Positions 34,150-48,500 of a stretch of 64,000 nucleotides of DNA are shown in pieces. The DNA comes from an uncultured Candidatus Saccharibacteria bacterium (GTDB taxonomy: Bacteria; Patescibacteriota; Doudnabacteria; UBA920). The number at the start of each line of letters is the position of its first letter. The stretch's first letter is position 1. The DNA is taken from the NCBI GenBank assembly GCA_964532425.1, contig CAZHIA010000001.1, positions 124,951-188,950 of the forward strand, given 5' to 3'. Position numbers and translations under genes: made by a program. The notes beneath the pieces were generated by a model. It worked only from the letters and a program-made list of their open reading frames with translations, did not search any database and was not told the origin of the DNA.

Positions 34150-35690
34150 ATGCCCTTTGCGCAAAAATCGACGCTCAAATTTGCCATTAGAAAGGAGTTT
34201 TTATGGGTCTTGGTAGATTGAGTAGCTCCTTAAATTATCGTTTGAGGGCAGTAAGTTTGGCGGTAGGCATACATGTTGTTCTGTTTGCGGTAGGACAAGG
34301 GGAGATTTGGTTTGCTGATGCATATTCGTATAATGAAATGAACATCGCTGTCCTTGCTCGCAAGATTTGTAGATTGAACAGACTTACCTGAAATTCGTCG
34401 TGGCCGGAGTGCAAAAATCACAGCCGATAATTAAATTTTATACTTGCAAATGTATAGGGGAATGGAAGGCGAGTGTACAGTGCTGGTGTGACTGAGGTAA
34501 ATATTTTGTTAACACTATTGAACAGAGTGCCAGGTGAATCCCTCTCCTATCTTTCAGGTGGGTGCGTTGCGTAAAGCACGTAAGGAGAGAAATCTTGCTG
34601 AGTAGATTTCAGTCTTCGTCTGAGAGAGTAGAAAGATATCCGCTGGGGGCAAATATTATTACATAATCGGAACGGTTCAATTGTAACCCAACTTTTGCAT
34701 TTGTAAATATTTATTATTTGAGATATGGGCAAGAGGACGTTGCATCATCTGATGATGTATGAATAAATTTCGTCCCTACAAAACACATCCCGACAACTGT
34801 CCGAGGATTCTGTGCAGGAGCAAGCGACAGCTGCCCGCTCCCATTCTGATTGTTAAATTTTTGCGGGCGGATCCAACCTTCGCATGAACCTTCCTTCTTC
34901 GCTTAAGCTATGGAGGACAAGTCGGCGGACACGGTAAGTCCATGCACCATCCGATGGTGCATGGATAAATCTCCCCCCTGTACATATGACGGTGATCGCG
35001 CATGTGTCTCTTGCTCCCTGTAGGGACGAGCGATGGCTGTCCGATTAACCTACAGTGTAACTGTGATGGGCTGATTAATGCGGCCCCTCTATAAACAAAT
35101 TACTGATCACTCCAGTGCAGGAGAGTATTTTTTCCCCGCCATGGCTTTCCCGTCCGACAAAGCTTTTTGACCGTCAGTAGTTTTAACGGAGGAGGGTAGC
35201 GATGATAGGAAGCGACGGTGGGAGTCGCCCTCTAACAGCTTTACATCGGATCCGTTACGGGCGCATGAATGCGGCCTCTACAGAATACATACCGATGATC
35301 GTAAAGATGTTCCTTGTTCCTTGTAGGGGCAAGCGGCAGCTGCCCGTCCCGTTGGAGTTGATACCATGGTGATACGGGCGGGTCTAGTCACGAGCGGATG
35401 AATCCTGCCCTGCTGACTACATATTGATAACCCCTGAAGTGTAGGGGTGTGCTTTCTTGTCTACCAAGACTTTTTGACTGTCCATAGCCCTGCCTGCTCC
35501 TCGAGTCTGAGCAACCTCGGAGTCGAAGACCGGCAGGCAGGTTCATGCGAAGGGTATTGCGACGGGGCGGGAGCTGTCCGCACTCATCATGTATCAGGTG
35601 CTATAACCGGGCGGACTTATTAAATCCATACAACATCTAATGGTTGATGGATAAACCTCACCCCTACGCTGTGAGTAGTTCCTCCTTTTT
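34150..35690. other. 1.5-kb non-coding region with degenerate ~40-bp direct repeats and multiple hairpins; candidate ncRNA(s)/regulatory array
   Basis: No ORF over 65 aa. Repeats at 34814-34842, 35008-35043 and 35311-35351 (consensus TCTTGYTCCYTGTAGGGRCAAGCGRCAGCTGCCCGTCCC). AATGCGGCCYCTCTAYA motif at 35076 and 35263. Hairpins CATGCACCATCCGATGGTGCATG (34941-34963), GCATCATCTGATGATG (34743-34758) and ATCCATACAACATCTAATGGTTGATGGAT (35625-35653). Confidence 0.5.
35488..35541. repeat. 53-nt GC-rich hairpin element, copy 2 (inverted relative to 13897..13949)
   Basis: CCTGCCTGCTCCTCGAGTCTGAGCAACCTCGGAGTCGAAGACCGGCAGGCAGG. Its reverse complement differs from copy 1 at about 4 positions. Confidence 0.6.
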
Positions 35691-36400
35691 TGATTTGCAA
35701 GTTACCTAAATTTTCAGTCTAAAAAATGGAAAAAATTTGTGGATAACAGCAATTATAACATGCAAAATTTGAGGGTCGTAAGAAGGCATTTCAAGAGAGA
35801 TTAGGGAGTAGTATAAATAGTTAAAGATAAAAAAGCCTAACAAACATGAGACCTCAGAGTGGCGTGTAACATATGAAATTGAGAATTGCTCTTTCACTGA
35901 GAAGTAAAGCTTGAAACAAGAACTATCGTGCTTTATTTAAAGAATCTAAGTTTAAAATTAAAAGTATAATGAATCTAAATTCTATAAAATACTGAGGAAA
36001 ATATTTTTGTGGTAACACAGTTGTAACGAAGTTTCATAATGTAGCAAGTACTACCATTCCGGTGTCATTCATTTTATGAACTGCGACAATATACCTAAAA
36101 AACGTATTTAAAAAATCACACATTAATCTCTCTTATGAGATTGTTGGGGATTTTTAGATCTTTTCTGATCAAAAAATCAGCACGGGTTATGGCTAGATGA
36201 AACAGCATTTTTAACTCTCAAATCGCTGTTATTTTGCAATTCAATTTTGAAAGGAAAAATTGTTCATATTTTTGTCCAATAATTTTCTTAACGGTATAAT
36301 TTAAATATGAATATCGGGTATCCGAGAAATGCGAAAAAGACCTATAAACATAATGTATTTTAAAAGGCCAGTAGTTCAGAGACAGACAGGAAACTAACAC
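35690..36400 (+). promoter_or_regulatory. ~700-bp strongly AT-rich leader upstream of the giant gene, with a candidate promoter TTGTCC-17-TATAAT at 36271..36299
   Basis: Composition shifts sharply from ~50% GC to AT-rich. TTGTCC (36271-36276), 17-bp spacer ending CGG, TATAAT (36294-36299), about 105 nt upstream of the GTG start. Confidence 0.45.
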
Positions 36401-36405
36401 CTCAC

Positions 36406-36590
36406 GTGAGCCAAGAAATCAACGAAAATTTGGAAGGAATTGTCTCCCTCGCGGAAGCCAGCAAGGTAACCGGCTACAACCAAGATTACCTTGGCTTTTT
36501 ATGTCGTACCGGTAAACTGCAGGGTTTCAAGCTTGGCCGTAACTGGGTGACGAGCAAACAGGCCCTGGATGATCTCATGCGCCAAGAGGC
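36406..36590 (+). other. domain: excisionase/MerR-type helix-turn-helix at N-terminus of giant protein
   Basis: SLAEASKVTGYNQDYLGFLCRTGKLQGFKLGRNWVTSKQALDDLM fits the excisionase-family HTH pattern (hydrophobic-S/T-x-xEAAxxLGVSxxTVxRLxxxGxLPxxKIGRxWRI). Confidence 0.55.
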
Positions 36591-39500
36591 GGGGCAGCGG
36601 GTACCTGTGCACGTACAATCTACAACCGTTGAAACAGTCAGACCAATTGAACCACAATCCGGGAACCCGCTCGGAACTCAAGTACCACCTGCTATGGGAT
36701 TGGCAGTGTCACAAATTGAACAGCAGCGGACGGAACAAATGAATACTGTTCCTGCCGTGGTGTCTTTGGAGCGTGCTGCTGCCGAAGAGCTTGAGCTTGC
36801 CAAACTAAAGAACGAAGTTGTGGTCGGTGATCTTTCAAAAAAGATTGCCACTCTTACAGAGACGCTCAGCACGACAGTAACAAAGTTACAGGCCCCGGCG
36901 CTCTCACTCAAAGACCAGGTGAACTGGATTAAATCTTTTACTACGCAGAAAACGTCTGCATGGAAATATGTTCTTTCGGGAGGCGCCGCGATGGCGGTAG
37001 TCGCGTTGCTGTCGTGGGGTCTGTGGTTCAATATGCGGATGACGAGAGAATTGGTGGCACAACCGAAAGATTCGCGCGTCGTCTACCAGAACAATTACAA
37101 CAACAACTACAACTACTACAACAACGGAGAGAAGACAAGCGGCACGCCGGTGAGCATGAACGGCACGAGCGGAACTCAGAGTCCCATAGCGGCTGGCAAA
37201 GGGAATGTTCTTTTCCCGAGCGCTCTCGATTACAACTCGCTCATTGATACTCGCATCGAGTCGTATATCGCGAGTGGAAAATTGAAAGGCGAAAAAGGCG
37301 ACAAAGGTGAGAAGGGTGATCGAGGTGACAATGGTCTCGATGGCTTTAGCACAAATGTGGGTACGGGATTGCAGCAGTCATACATTCCGGTTACATACGT
37401 GCAGCCGGTGAATCAACCGGCAAGCGGCGTGACGGGTTCTATGTCCGGCGCTACGCATTTTGCGGTTGCTGACCTCATTGCTGACAAAGCGGTCATCGGC
37501 AGCGGCGGGTTGACCATCAACGGACCGGTGACCTTCAGCAGTCCGCTGACGGTGTCTGATATCAATTTAAATTTCACACCGGGCAGCATCGTGTTCATGG
37601 GACCGAAAGGCCTTGCACAGAACAACGGTAAATTATTCTGGGATAATCTGACCTACCGCTTGGGCCTGAACACGACGACTCCGGAAGCCATGCTCAGCCT
37701 GGTTCAGAACGGCGGCGAAACCATGATCAAAGGTTTCGTAAATTCTACAAACACCCCGCAAGGAGAATTCATCTCTTTGGGGTATTCGGATACGGCTACG
37801 GAAATTTATTCGGTGGACACCAGGGGTAACATTAAAACTTCCGGTACGTTGACCTTGTCAGCCATGACGACCGGCAGTATTCCGTTCGTGGTTACGGGCG
37901 GCACGCTAGCGCAGGATACTTCTAATTTTTATTGGGACAATACCAACAAGCGCTTTGCGGTCGGCACGACCACCGTACCGGCAACGTTCGCTTTAGCCCA
38001 GACAAACAATGGCGATACCATCATTCAAGCAAGCCGCGCGACGGACAACGCGCCAGCCGGTGACTTTATCGCATACAAAGACGCTGCAGGTAATACGCTG
38101 TTCCGCGTCAATAATAACGGCAGCCTTACGGCCCCGGGTGTGACGAGTACGGGAGAACTGGCTGTCGTGGGCACTTCAACTTTAGCAACAACAACTATAA
38201 GCAGTCTGTCGTTGTCACAACCATTGTCATTGTCCTCGGGCGGTCTGGGCTTTGACGGCTCGAGCGTGACCAAAGGAAGTCTGATTGCCGGAACTGGGAA
38301 TGGTTCTTTGGGTGTCCAATCCGTAGGATCGGACGGGTTGTGCTTGACCGCCTCATCTTCAGCCGCTTCAGGAATAGCGTGGACGTCCTGTTCAGCCGCA
38401 GCCGGCGGTATTCAGAGCTTAAACGGCTTGGTTGCAGTCAATCAGTCACTCGCAACAAATACCACGGCTACCGGTTTAGTCCAGACCATCACATCTGCCG
38501 GTGGAACCCATACCTTCAACCTCTCGCTTAATCCCAGCTATACTATCCCGCTGATTGCTTCCACGACCAATTGGAACTTAACGTATGACACAGTCAATGC
38601 GGGTAGCGCCAACTGGACGAGCACTTACGGTATCGTTAACGCTTCGTCTTCGCTTTGGACTGCTGCTACGAATCTTGTGAATGCCAATAGTACCAATTGG
38701 ACCGCGGCTTACAATACCGTTAATGCCTCCTCGACGTATTGGGATAGTGCGTATGCCAATCGCATCACTTCTGCAGCTGCCCCGCTTCAGATAAGCAGCA
38801 ACCAGCTATCTATCCAGGCCGGGTATAGTATTCCGCTTAGTGCCTCTAGTACTAACTGGAACACCTTCTACAATACTCCGTCCACGCAAATTACCGCTGG
38901 TACCGGTATGACGTGGTCAGGCAATACGTTGAACTCAGTGTGGACGCAATCCGGCAGTGACATCTCCAATCTCACCATGGGCAACGTCGGCATTGGCAGT
39001 GCAAGTCCGGTTGCCAAACTCGATGTGGCTGGCGCGGTTCGCCTGGGTGATGCCGGGGCTAATAATCTTTTGAATACTTCAGCCGCAGCAGGTACCGCGA
39101 GCGGTCCCTTGTATTGGGGTAGCAAGCCTTTGGCATATTCGCTGTCTGTCCAGCAGAGCGATGGTAACAGCCTGGTCAACGGCGTGGAATATATTCAGTT
39201 TGACCAGGGTACCGGATTGCACGTGACCGACTTGGGTAATAAGAGCGTCAAGATCAGCATCGGCAGTCACTGGAAGGATCTCTATATTAATGGAGTAAAG
39301 AATTTGACGCCGACCGGCGAAGAACCGCTGAACTTCAACACCGATGCAAATTTGTTGCTGACTGCCAGCTCGAGCACGGTCCCACAATCTTTGAATTTTG
39401 CATTAAGCCCTAACATCCAGGTGACCTCTGTTACTGCTGCGAATGCTTCCACGACGCATTTCACCTCGACCGGTAATGCTTATTTGAATAATCTGGTGTT

Positions 39501-42500
39501 TGCTAACGCCACCGGATCCGCACTAAGCTTGGCCAGTACCTTGGCTGTAGGCGGTGCGTTGAATGTATCCGGAAATTCCAATGTCTCCAATATCATCGTG
39601 ACCGGTAACAGCACCACAACCGGTAATAGCATTTTTGTCGGCAATGTCGGTATTGGCGGAGGTTTGAATTTCAGCAATGCGACCGGTACAAATCTCTATT
39701 TGTCGGGATCGCTTGCCGCATCCAACTTGACCGGCACCAATACCGGCGATGTGACGCTGGCCGGAGAAAATTATGTATCGATCAGCGGCCAGCAAATTAC
39801 CGCCAATGCCATCAACCTAGCTACGACCAATGTTACGGGTATTCTGCCGGTAGCCAAGGGCGGCACTGGATCTTCCACGTTGAATACGAGCGTGGTGCCG
39901 GAAGGGTTGAACCTTTACTATACCGACGCGCGTTCCCGCGCGGCCTTGTCGTCTTCCGCCACCGGACTTTCATACGACAACATCACCGGCATCTTTAATT
40001 TATCCGCAGGCTACAATATTCCTCTGACTGCTTCCACTACTGAATGGTCTTCCGCCTATGCCAATCGCATCACCTCTGCTACCGCACCGCTGGCGATCAC
40101 CAATAACGTTTTGGGTTTGCAGGCTGGCTATTCAATTCCATTGACTGCGTCGACTACGAATTGGAACACGGCCTACAATATCGTGACAGCTTCTTCCACG
40201 TACTGGGATGCCGCGTACGCCAATCGGATCACTTCCGCCCTGGCACCGCTCCAGATTAGCAACAACCAGTTATCACTGGATTCGAATTACACTATCCCGC
40301 TGACCGCGTCTACCACCAATTGGAATAATTTTTATAACACGCCGTCCACCAGAATCACCGCCGGCACTAATTTGTCTTGGTCTGGTAACACCTTAAACGG
40401 TCCGGCTGATTCCTACATCCGCGGACTGCTCTCATCTGCCGCAACTGGGCTGACTTACAATTCCGGTACTGGTGCTTTGAGCGTAACTGCTGGCTACAAC
40501 ATTCCGCTCGCTGCGTCCACCACCAACTGGAATACCTTCTACAATACTCCATCCACCCAGATCACTGCGGGTACTGGTTTGTCGTGGTCGGGCAACACTT
40601 TAAATGCCACCAACAGCTTCACCGGTTCCGGTACGAATAACTACGTTGCCCGCTGGACGGGTACGAGCTCTCTGGGCACTGGAGTGTTGTTCGACAATGG
40701 AACGAGCGTTGGTGTTGGTACGACGTCACCCATAGCCAAACTTGATGTTTGGGGCAACTTAAACGTAGGTACTTCCTCGACTCCAACCCTTTCTGTTAAT
40801 ACAGCAACTAATCAGGTAGGTATTGGCAGAGTACCGGTTAGTCATGCTCTGGAAATTGGCGCTGATCAGACCATTTGGTCCAATTCTGCCCTGACATTGA
40901 TGACTGCAAATTCCGGTAATATGAATTTTAATAGCACCGGAAACATAGTATTAAATCCCTACACCGGTGGAGATGTAACCTTCCCGGGTTTGGGGATATG
41001 GAAAAATAGTGGCAACGTTGGTATCGGAACTACGACTCCTGGGCAGAAGTTGGTTGTTAATGGTAGCGAGTATGTCACCGGAGCGAGGTTGGACAGCAAT
41101 GCCTCGGCGGGAACTTCCGGTTACCTTTTGCAAACCACTGGCACTGGCACGCAGTGGGTGGCAACTTCTTCACTCGGCATCATTGGCGGTATCCAGTCCC
41201 TTAATGGATTGAATTCTCTCAACCAAACCTTCGCCACCGGCACTGCTACCGGGATCGGTTTGAACATTACCTCGGTCGGTTCGACTCATACCTTCACGCC
41301 GACCGTGGCCTCTGGCTATTCAATTCCGCTGACCGCCTCCACGACCGAATGGGCTACGGCCTATACCAATCGCATCACCTCTGCTACTGCGCCGCTTCAG
41401 ATTAATAGTAATACACTCTCGGTCCAGGCTGGTTATAATATTCCATTAACCGCGTCCACTACAAATTGGAATGGCTTTTACGATGTACCCTCAACCCGCA
41501 TCGCTGCTGGCACTAATATGTCCTGGTCTGGCAATACTTTAAATGGTCCGGCTGATTCTTACATCCGTGGATTACTCTCATCTTCTGCCACTGGCTTGTC
41601 GTACAACTCCGGTACTGGCGTGTTCTCTTTGACTGCTGGTTATAACATTCCACTCACGGCCTCGACCACCAACTGGAACACGGCCTACAACACCGTGAAC
41701 GCTTCTTCCACGTACTGGGACAGCGCTTATGCCAATCGCATAACTTCTGCTGTTGCTCCGTTGCAGATAAGTAGCAACCAGTTGTCACTGGATCCCAACT
41801 ATATCATTCCGCTGACTGCGTCCACCACCAATTGGAATAATTTTTATAATGCGCCGTCGACCAGAATCTCTGCAGGCTCTGGCCTAGCCTGGTCTGGTAA
41901 TACGCTGAATTCAGTGTGGAGTGTCAACGGCAATAACATCTATAATAACAACTTGTCCAATGTCGGGATTGGGACGACGAGTCCTGTCTTTGCGCTCGAC
42001 GTGAATGGCCAGGTCAATGCGCAATCAGGTTTGTGCATTGCTGGTGACTGCAAGGCTTCGTGGTCTGCGGTGAGTGCGGCCGGGTACTGGACGCAGAGTG
42101 GCGGCAATTTGTATCCCTCTACGATCGGCAACAATGTCGGAATCGGCTCCTCCAATCCGCAGGCGAAATTGGACGTGGTCGGTAATGTGCGCGTGGCTGG
42201 AAACATCATGCCGGAAATGACCGGCGCGACCGGAAATATTTCCACGCGTAGCATTGGGGATGCTAACAACCGCTTTGCGGATGTCTGGGCCAACGACGTG
42301 CATGTCGGCGCCAGCTCTTTGTACGTAAACGGCAAGAAGGTCATTACCGATGTGTCCAATGTCATGAATTTTACGACTGACGTGGATCAGTCATTGGTTG
42401 TTAAGACTTCCGGCATTGGCAGCATGGGATTGCAGACCGATGCAGGTTCGCTGCTGTTGAATTCCAACAGTCTCATTTCCGCGACCGGCAAGGGTGGCAT

Positions 42501-45500
42501 TAATTTGACGGTGCCGATTGACACACCGTCCATGAATTTGAATCTCACGAATAATTCCTTAAACGGCAACATCACCTTTACCGCAACGGGCAATAACTCC
42601 CAAGTGCTAGCCAGCGCCGTGCAAAAGATTGCTTTGACCTCTCCGAGTATTGAATTGAACGGGACGGTGACCAGCGGCACTTGGAATGGCACCAAGATCG
42701 GTGTGCCGTACGGCGGTACCGGTGTCTCGTACATTACTCCGAACGCGGTTGTTTACGGCAACGGATCCGGAGCGATAGCAACAACGTCCGCACCGTCTGC
42801 CGGTCAAGTGCTCATCGGCAACGGCAGCAACGTTCCGACCTTTGCTTCCATTAGCGGTGATGCTGCATTGAATGGTTCCGGCGCGTTAACTTTGAATTCG
42901 GTCAATTCCAACATTGGCACCTTTAACAATGTTACGGTCAATGCGAAAGGTTTAGTCACTGCAGCTTCCAATGTGTCTTACCTGACCGGCAACCAGACCA
43001 TTACACTTTCCGGTGATGTGAGCGGTAGCGGAACTACGGCTATCAATACCACGCTGGCGACAGTGAATGCCAACACCGGTTCGTTTGGTTCCGCTTCCGC
43101 GGTGCCTACCTTTACGGTCAATGGCAAAGGATTGATTACTGCTGCCGGTTCTGCCCCGATCGCTATTAATGGCAACCAGATTACTTCCGGCACGGTGGCC
43201 CCGACCTACGGCGGCTTAGGATTTAATGCTTCCACGATCGCCAAGGGCGGCCTGCTCACGGGTACCGGATCTGGCAGCTTTGGTATTCAAACTGCGGGAA
43301 CCGATGGCCTGTGCCTGACGGCTTCTTCTACCTCAGCTTCCGGCGTAGCTTGGACTTCCTGTTCCTCCGGTTCCATTACCTCCTTAAATGGTCTGACTGC
43401 TTCTGTCCAAACCTTTGCTACCGGCACGGCAACCAGTATTGGTCTGAATATTACCTCAAACGGTTCAACTCATACTTTTACACCGACAGTCACATCCGGG
43501 TACAGTATCCCTCTGACTGCTTCCACCACGGAATGGGCTACGGCGTACAGCAACCGCATCACTTCGGCTACTTCGCCGCTCCAGATTAGCAATAACCAGC
43601 TTTCGATTGCTGCCGGCTACAACATTCCACTCACAGCTTCCACTACTAACTGGAACACGGCTTACAATACCGTCACTGCATCCTCGACCTACTGGGACAG
43701 TGCGTACACTAACCGCATTACCTCGGCTACGGCTCCTTTGCAAATCTCCAGTAATCAACTTTCTGTCCAGGCTGGTTACAATATTCCTTTGAACGCTTCC
43801 ACTACTAACTGGAATGGCTTCTACAATGTGCCATCATCCAGAATCACTGCCGGTACCGGTCTGTCCTGGAATGGCAATACTTTAAACTCCACCATGCAGG
43901 CTTATGCCACGACCACCATTAACGGTGCAGCTGGTCCGACCTTTGCCTTTGCTGCCGGAACTGATACCAACCTCGGCCTGACCATTGCCACTTCCACCAA
44001 CACGGTGACCTTCACTCCAACCTGGTCAGGGACCCTGGCTGCCGGCAGATTGAACAGCAACGTGGTGCAGGGAATTACCAATGACACCAACATCACCGGC
44101 TCCATCTCTGCCCAGAACCTGACCTTAGGCTGGTCTGGTCAGCTTTCAGTTGCCCGCGGCGGCACTGGCGCTAATAGCTTGACTGGTGTGCTGAAAGGCA
44201 ACGGTGCCTCTGCCTTCACTGCCATGACCGGCACTGCCAACTACGTCACGCGCTGGACCGATGCCAATACCCTCGGGACAGGCACACTCTATGACAATGG
44301 TACTAACGTGGGGATTGGGACAACGAATACTAATGCCACTTTGCAAGTTTATAATTCTTCCGCTACAACGAAATATATAAAAATCGGCAATGTCGCAAAT
44401 CCGACAACAACTGCAGGGGCAGGAGGTATGGTTGTTGATGTCAATGGGGGCGGTGGAATTTACATGGGTGATTCGGTTGCCGGAGTCTATGGGAAATATG
44501 AAGCCTATAGCGGACAATTGGGTGTTGGTACCATGTCTAACCATCCGGTTGGGTTCTGGAGCAACAACATAGAACGTGTCCGTATTTCAAGTGATGGAAG
44601 CGTCGGTATTAATACCACCACTCCGGGTCAAACCTTGGTCGTAAACGGCACCATGCAAATCACAGGCGGCGCCCCCGGAGCCGGCAAGATTCTCCAGAGC
44701 GACGCTAATGGTGTAGCCTCCTGGGTTTCCACCTCTACCATGGTTGGTGGTAACGCCATTGTTTCCTTAAATGGACTGACCGCTTCCTCGCAGACGTTTG
44801 CCACCGGTACTGCTACTGGCATCGGTTTGAATATCACTTCAATCGGCTCAACTCACACCTTTACCCCGACCGTGGCCTCTGGCTATTCAATTCCGCTGAC
44901 CGCCTCCACGACCGAATGGGCTACGGCCTATACCAATCGCATCACCTCTGCTACTGCACCGCTGGCGATTACGAATAACGTTTTGGGTTTGCAGGCTGGT
45001 TACAGCATCCCGCTCACGGCTTCGACCACCAACTGGAACACGGCCTACAACACCGTAAACGCTTCCTCAACCTACTGGGACAGTGCCTATCAAAACAGAA
45101 TCACATCTGCCTCTGCACCGCTGCAGATTTCTAATAATCAATTATCCATACAAGCTGGGTACACTATTCCATTAACTGCTTCTTCTTCAGAGTGGTCCAG
45201 TTTCTACAATACGCCATCGACACGCATCGCAGCTGGAACCAATTTATCTTGGAATGGTAATACCTTAAATGGTCCGGCTGATTCTTACATTCGTGGATTA
45301 CTCTCATCTTCTGCCACTGGCTTGTCTTACAACAACACGAACGGCGTGTTTTCTCTCGCTGCTGGCTACAATATCCCGCTTACAGCGTCTACTACGAATT
45401 GGAATACGGCTTACAACACAGTTACAGCTTCTTCTACTTATTGGGATAGTGCGTACACCAGTCGTATTACATCCGCCGTTGCCCCGCTTCAGATCAGTAA

Positions 45501-48500
45501 TAATCAGTTGTCGGTCCAGGCTGGCTACAACATTCCGCTCAATGCTTCGACTACCAATTGGAATACCTTCTACAACACTCCGTCCACTCAGATAACTGCT
45601 GGTACTGGTTTGTCATGGTCGGGTAATACTTTGAATGCCACCAACAGCTTCACCGGTTCCGGTACGAATAACTATGTCGCACGCTGGACGGGTACCAGCT
45701 CTTTGGGTACTGGTGTACTGTTTGATAATGGTACGAATGTGGGCATTGGTACCACAGGCCCGAGCAAACTGTTTGATGTTGCTGGAGGAAAATTCACGGT
45801 TGACGTGAATGGGTATACAACGGGAACCGGTTACATTACTTTAAATGCGCCAACGTATGCACCGGCATTTGAATGGAATCGCCAGGATAATTTTTCTACG
45901 GACAGAAATGTTGGAGCGTTAACCTCGAAAGCCAACACCTCTGCCGGAGCAGCGGCACAACTTTCGCAAATAATTTTCGGCCAATCTGCAGATTATAACG
46001 GTTATATAACATTCAATACGAACAATGGTGCGTCTTTGGCAGAAAGAATGAGAATAAACAAAGATGGTAATGTCGGTATCAATACTACAACCCCCGGTCA
46101 GACCCTGGTAGTCAACGGCACCATGCAGATCACCGGTGGTACACCTGGAATCGGTAAAGTGTTATCGAGCGATGCCAATGGCATTGCTTCCTGGGTAGCA
46201 ACTTCTACGCTCGCTGTCTCTCCATCTGGTGCTGCTTCCGGCGACCTCTCTGGCAATTACCCCAATCCGACCGTGGCCAAGATCAACGGCGTAGCTCTGG
46301 GTTCGACCACGGCTACGGCTGGTAATCTCCTGATTGGTTCTGGTTCCCAGTGGGTCTCCACGGCCATGAGTGGTGATGCGACTATTAACAGTTCCGGTGC
46401 TCTCACCTTAAAGAACACCGGCACGGCCGGTACCTATGGCTCTGCCACCCAGGTCCCGGTTTTGACTACTGATGCCCAGGGGAGAGTTACCGGTGTTACC
46501 AATACCACTATCTCTGGTGTAGCTCCGGGCGGTTCAGCCGGTGGTGATCTAACCGGTACTTACCCGAACCCCACAGTCAATGGTATTAAGGGTGCAGCCG
46601 TGCCAGCCCTCTCTGCCGGCTTCCTCAAGTACAATGGATCAGCCTGGGCTTTTGATTCTTCGACCTACCTTACCGGTAACCAGACCATTACCTTGTCAGG
46701 TGATATCTCTGGCTCAGGTACTACGGCTATTACAACTGCTATTGGTGCTGGCAAGGTTACCAACACCATGTTAGCTGGATCGATCGATCTAACCACCAAG
46801 GTCACCGGGATCCTGCCCGTTGCCAATGGCGGTACTGGCGCCAACACCTTAACCGGAGTCCTCAAGGGTAACGGCACGTCTGCCTTTACTGCCATGACCG
46901 GTACGCAGAATTACATTACCAAGTGGACTGATGCCAACACGATTGGTAATTCGATAATGTTAGACAATGGTACGAATGTTGGTATTGGGACAAATAATCC
47001 CACAGCCAAACTGCATATCCATGGGGATTACAATAATGCTCTCGGCGGTGGTTTTATGCTGGATGCAACCGACAATACTGATCCAAATAAATACTCTCTG
47101 CGTATTAATCCGTTTGTGATAGGCGCTTACAAAGTTGGATACCAGTTTATTACCACGAGCGCTACCGGCGGTACCAGCACGCCGTTGGTCTTTGACAATG
47201 CCGGCAATGTTGGTATTAACTCCACGGGCCCTGGCTACAAACTCGATGTGGTTGGCACCGGCCATTTTACCGGAGCGTTAACGTTAGATACTGACCTTAC
47301 TGTCCCGTATGGCGGTACCGGCGTCTCTACCTTTACTACCAATGGCGTACTCTATGGCAATGGTGCCAATGCTTTGAATGTGACCACTGCCGGTACAGCT
47401 GGCCAGATCCTGATGGCCAACGGTTCAGCAGTGCCCACCTTTACCACTATGAGCGGCGATGCCACCATTAGTGGCACGGGTGTTATTAGCCTAAAGAACA
47501 CCGGTACTGCCGGTACTTATGGCTCTGCCACCCAAGTACCCGTCTTAACCACCGATGCCCAAGGCAGAGTGACTGGGGTGACTAATACGGCCATCTCAGG
47601 AGTAGCTCCTGGCGGTTCTGCGGGTGGTGATCTAACGGGCACCTACCCAAACCCGACGGTGAACGGCATCAAGGGTGCAGCCGTGCCAGCTTTGTCTGCT
47701 GGTCTTCTCAAATATAATGGATCAGCCTGGGCTTTTGACTCGTCGACTTATTTGACCTCAGCCATCACTTCCATAAACAGCCAGACCGGGCCTTCGCTGA
47801 CCATTGCTTCAGGCACAGCTGGTAACATCTTTAACATCACTTCCGCGGGTAATACCATTACCTTAAACCTACCCTTTGCCTCCGGCTCGAATTCTGGCCA
47901 ACTGTCTGCTACTGATTGGACCACCTTTAACAACAAGCAAGCTGCCGGCAACTATATTACTGCCTTAACCGGGGATGTGACCGCTGCGGGGCCGGGGAGT
48001 GCTGCAGCAACTGTTGCTAAAATCAACGGCGTGGCGCTTGGTTCAACGACTGCTACCGCTGGCAACCTCCTCATTGGCTCTGGTTCCCAGTGGGTCTCCA
48101 CGGCCATGTCCGGTGATGTCACCATCAACTCTTCCGGCGTCTCTGCCATTGGTGCTCTCAAAGTCACCAACGCCATGATTGCCAACTCTACGATCGATCT
48201 GACTACGAAGGTCACGGGTATTCTGCCCATTGCCAATGGTGGTACTAATTCCAACGCTACCCCTACTTCCGGTGGAGTGGGGTATGGTACTGGGTCTGCC
48301 CATGCCTACACCACTGCTGGCTCTGTGGGCCAGATCCTCATGAGCAATGGTGCCTCGGCTCCTTCCTGGATTGCCACTTCTACTATCTTTGGTGGTTCCC
48401 AAGTTACCGGCAGCGGTACTTCTAACTACGTCGCACGCTGGACTGGTACCAACGCGTTGGGAACCGGCGTGCTGACCGATACTGGTACGAATGTAGGAAT

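Noticed and set aside
34900-34965. RNase P RNA-like motifs (GGAGGACAAGTCGGCGG ~ GAGGAAAGUCCGGGC; GGTAAGTCCATGCACC ~ GGUAAGAGCGCACC)
   Set aside because: The two look-alike motifs are only ~10 nt apart, whereas in RNase P RNA they are separated by over 100 nt. No P4 3' strand (ACAGAAxCCGGCUUA) was found. Judged coincidental.
34800-35360. Possible degenerate CRISPR array (repeats at 34814, 35008, 35311)
   Set aside because: Repeats are degenerate (about 70% identity), spacing is irregular (~194 and ~303 bp) and far longer than spacers. No cas genes in the window.
34150-36400. Search for tRNA / tmRNA / SRP RNA in the long non-coding region
   Set aside because: No GGTTCGAATCC-type T-loop, no tmRNA 3' CCA-acceptor/T-arm signature and no SRP domain IV motif (GGAAGGAAGCAGC) were found by eye. 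Left as unassigned structured region rather than calling a specific RNA.
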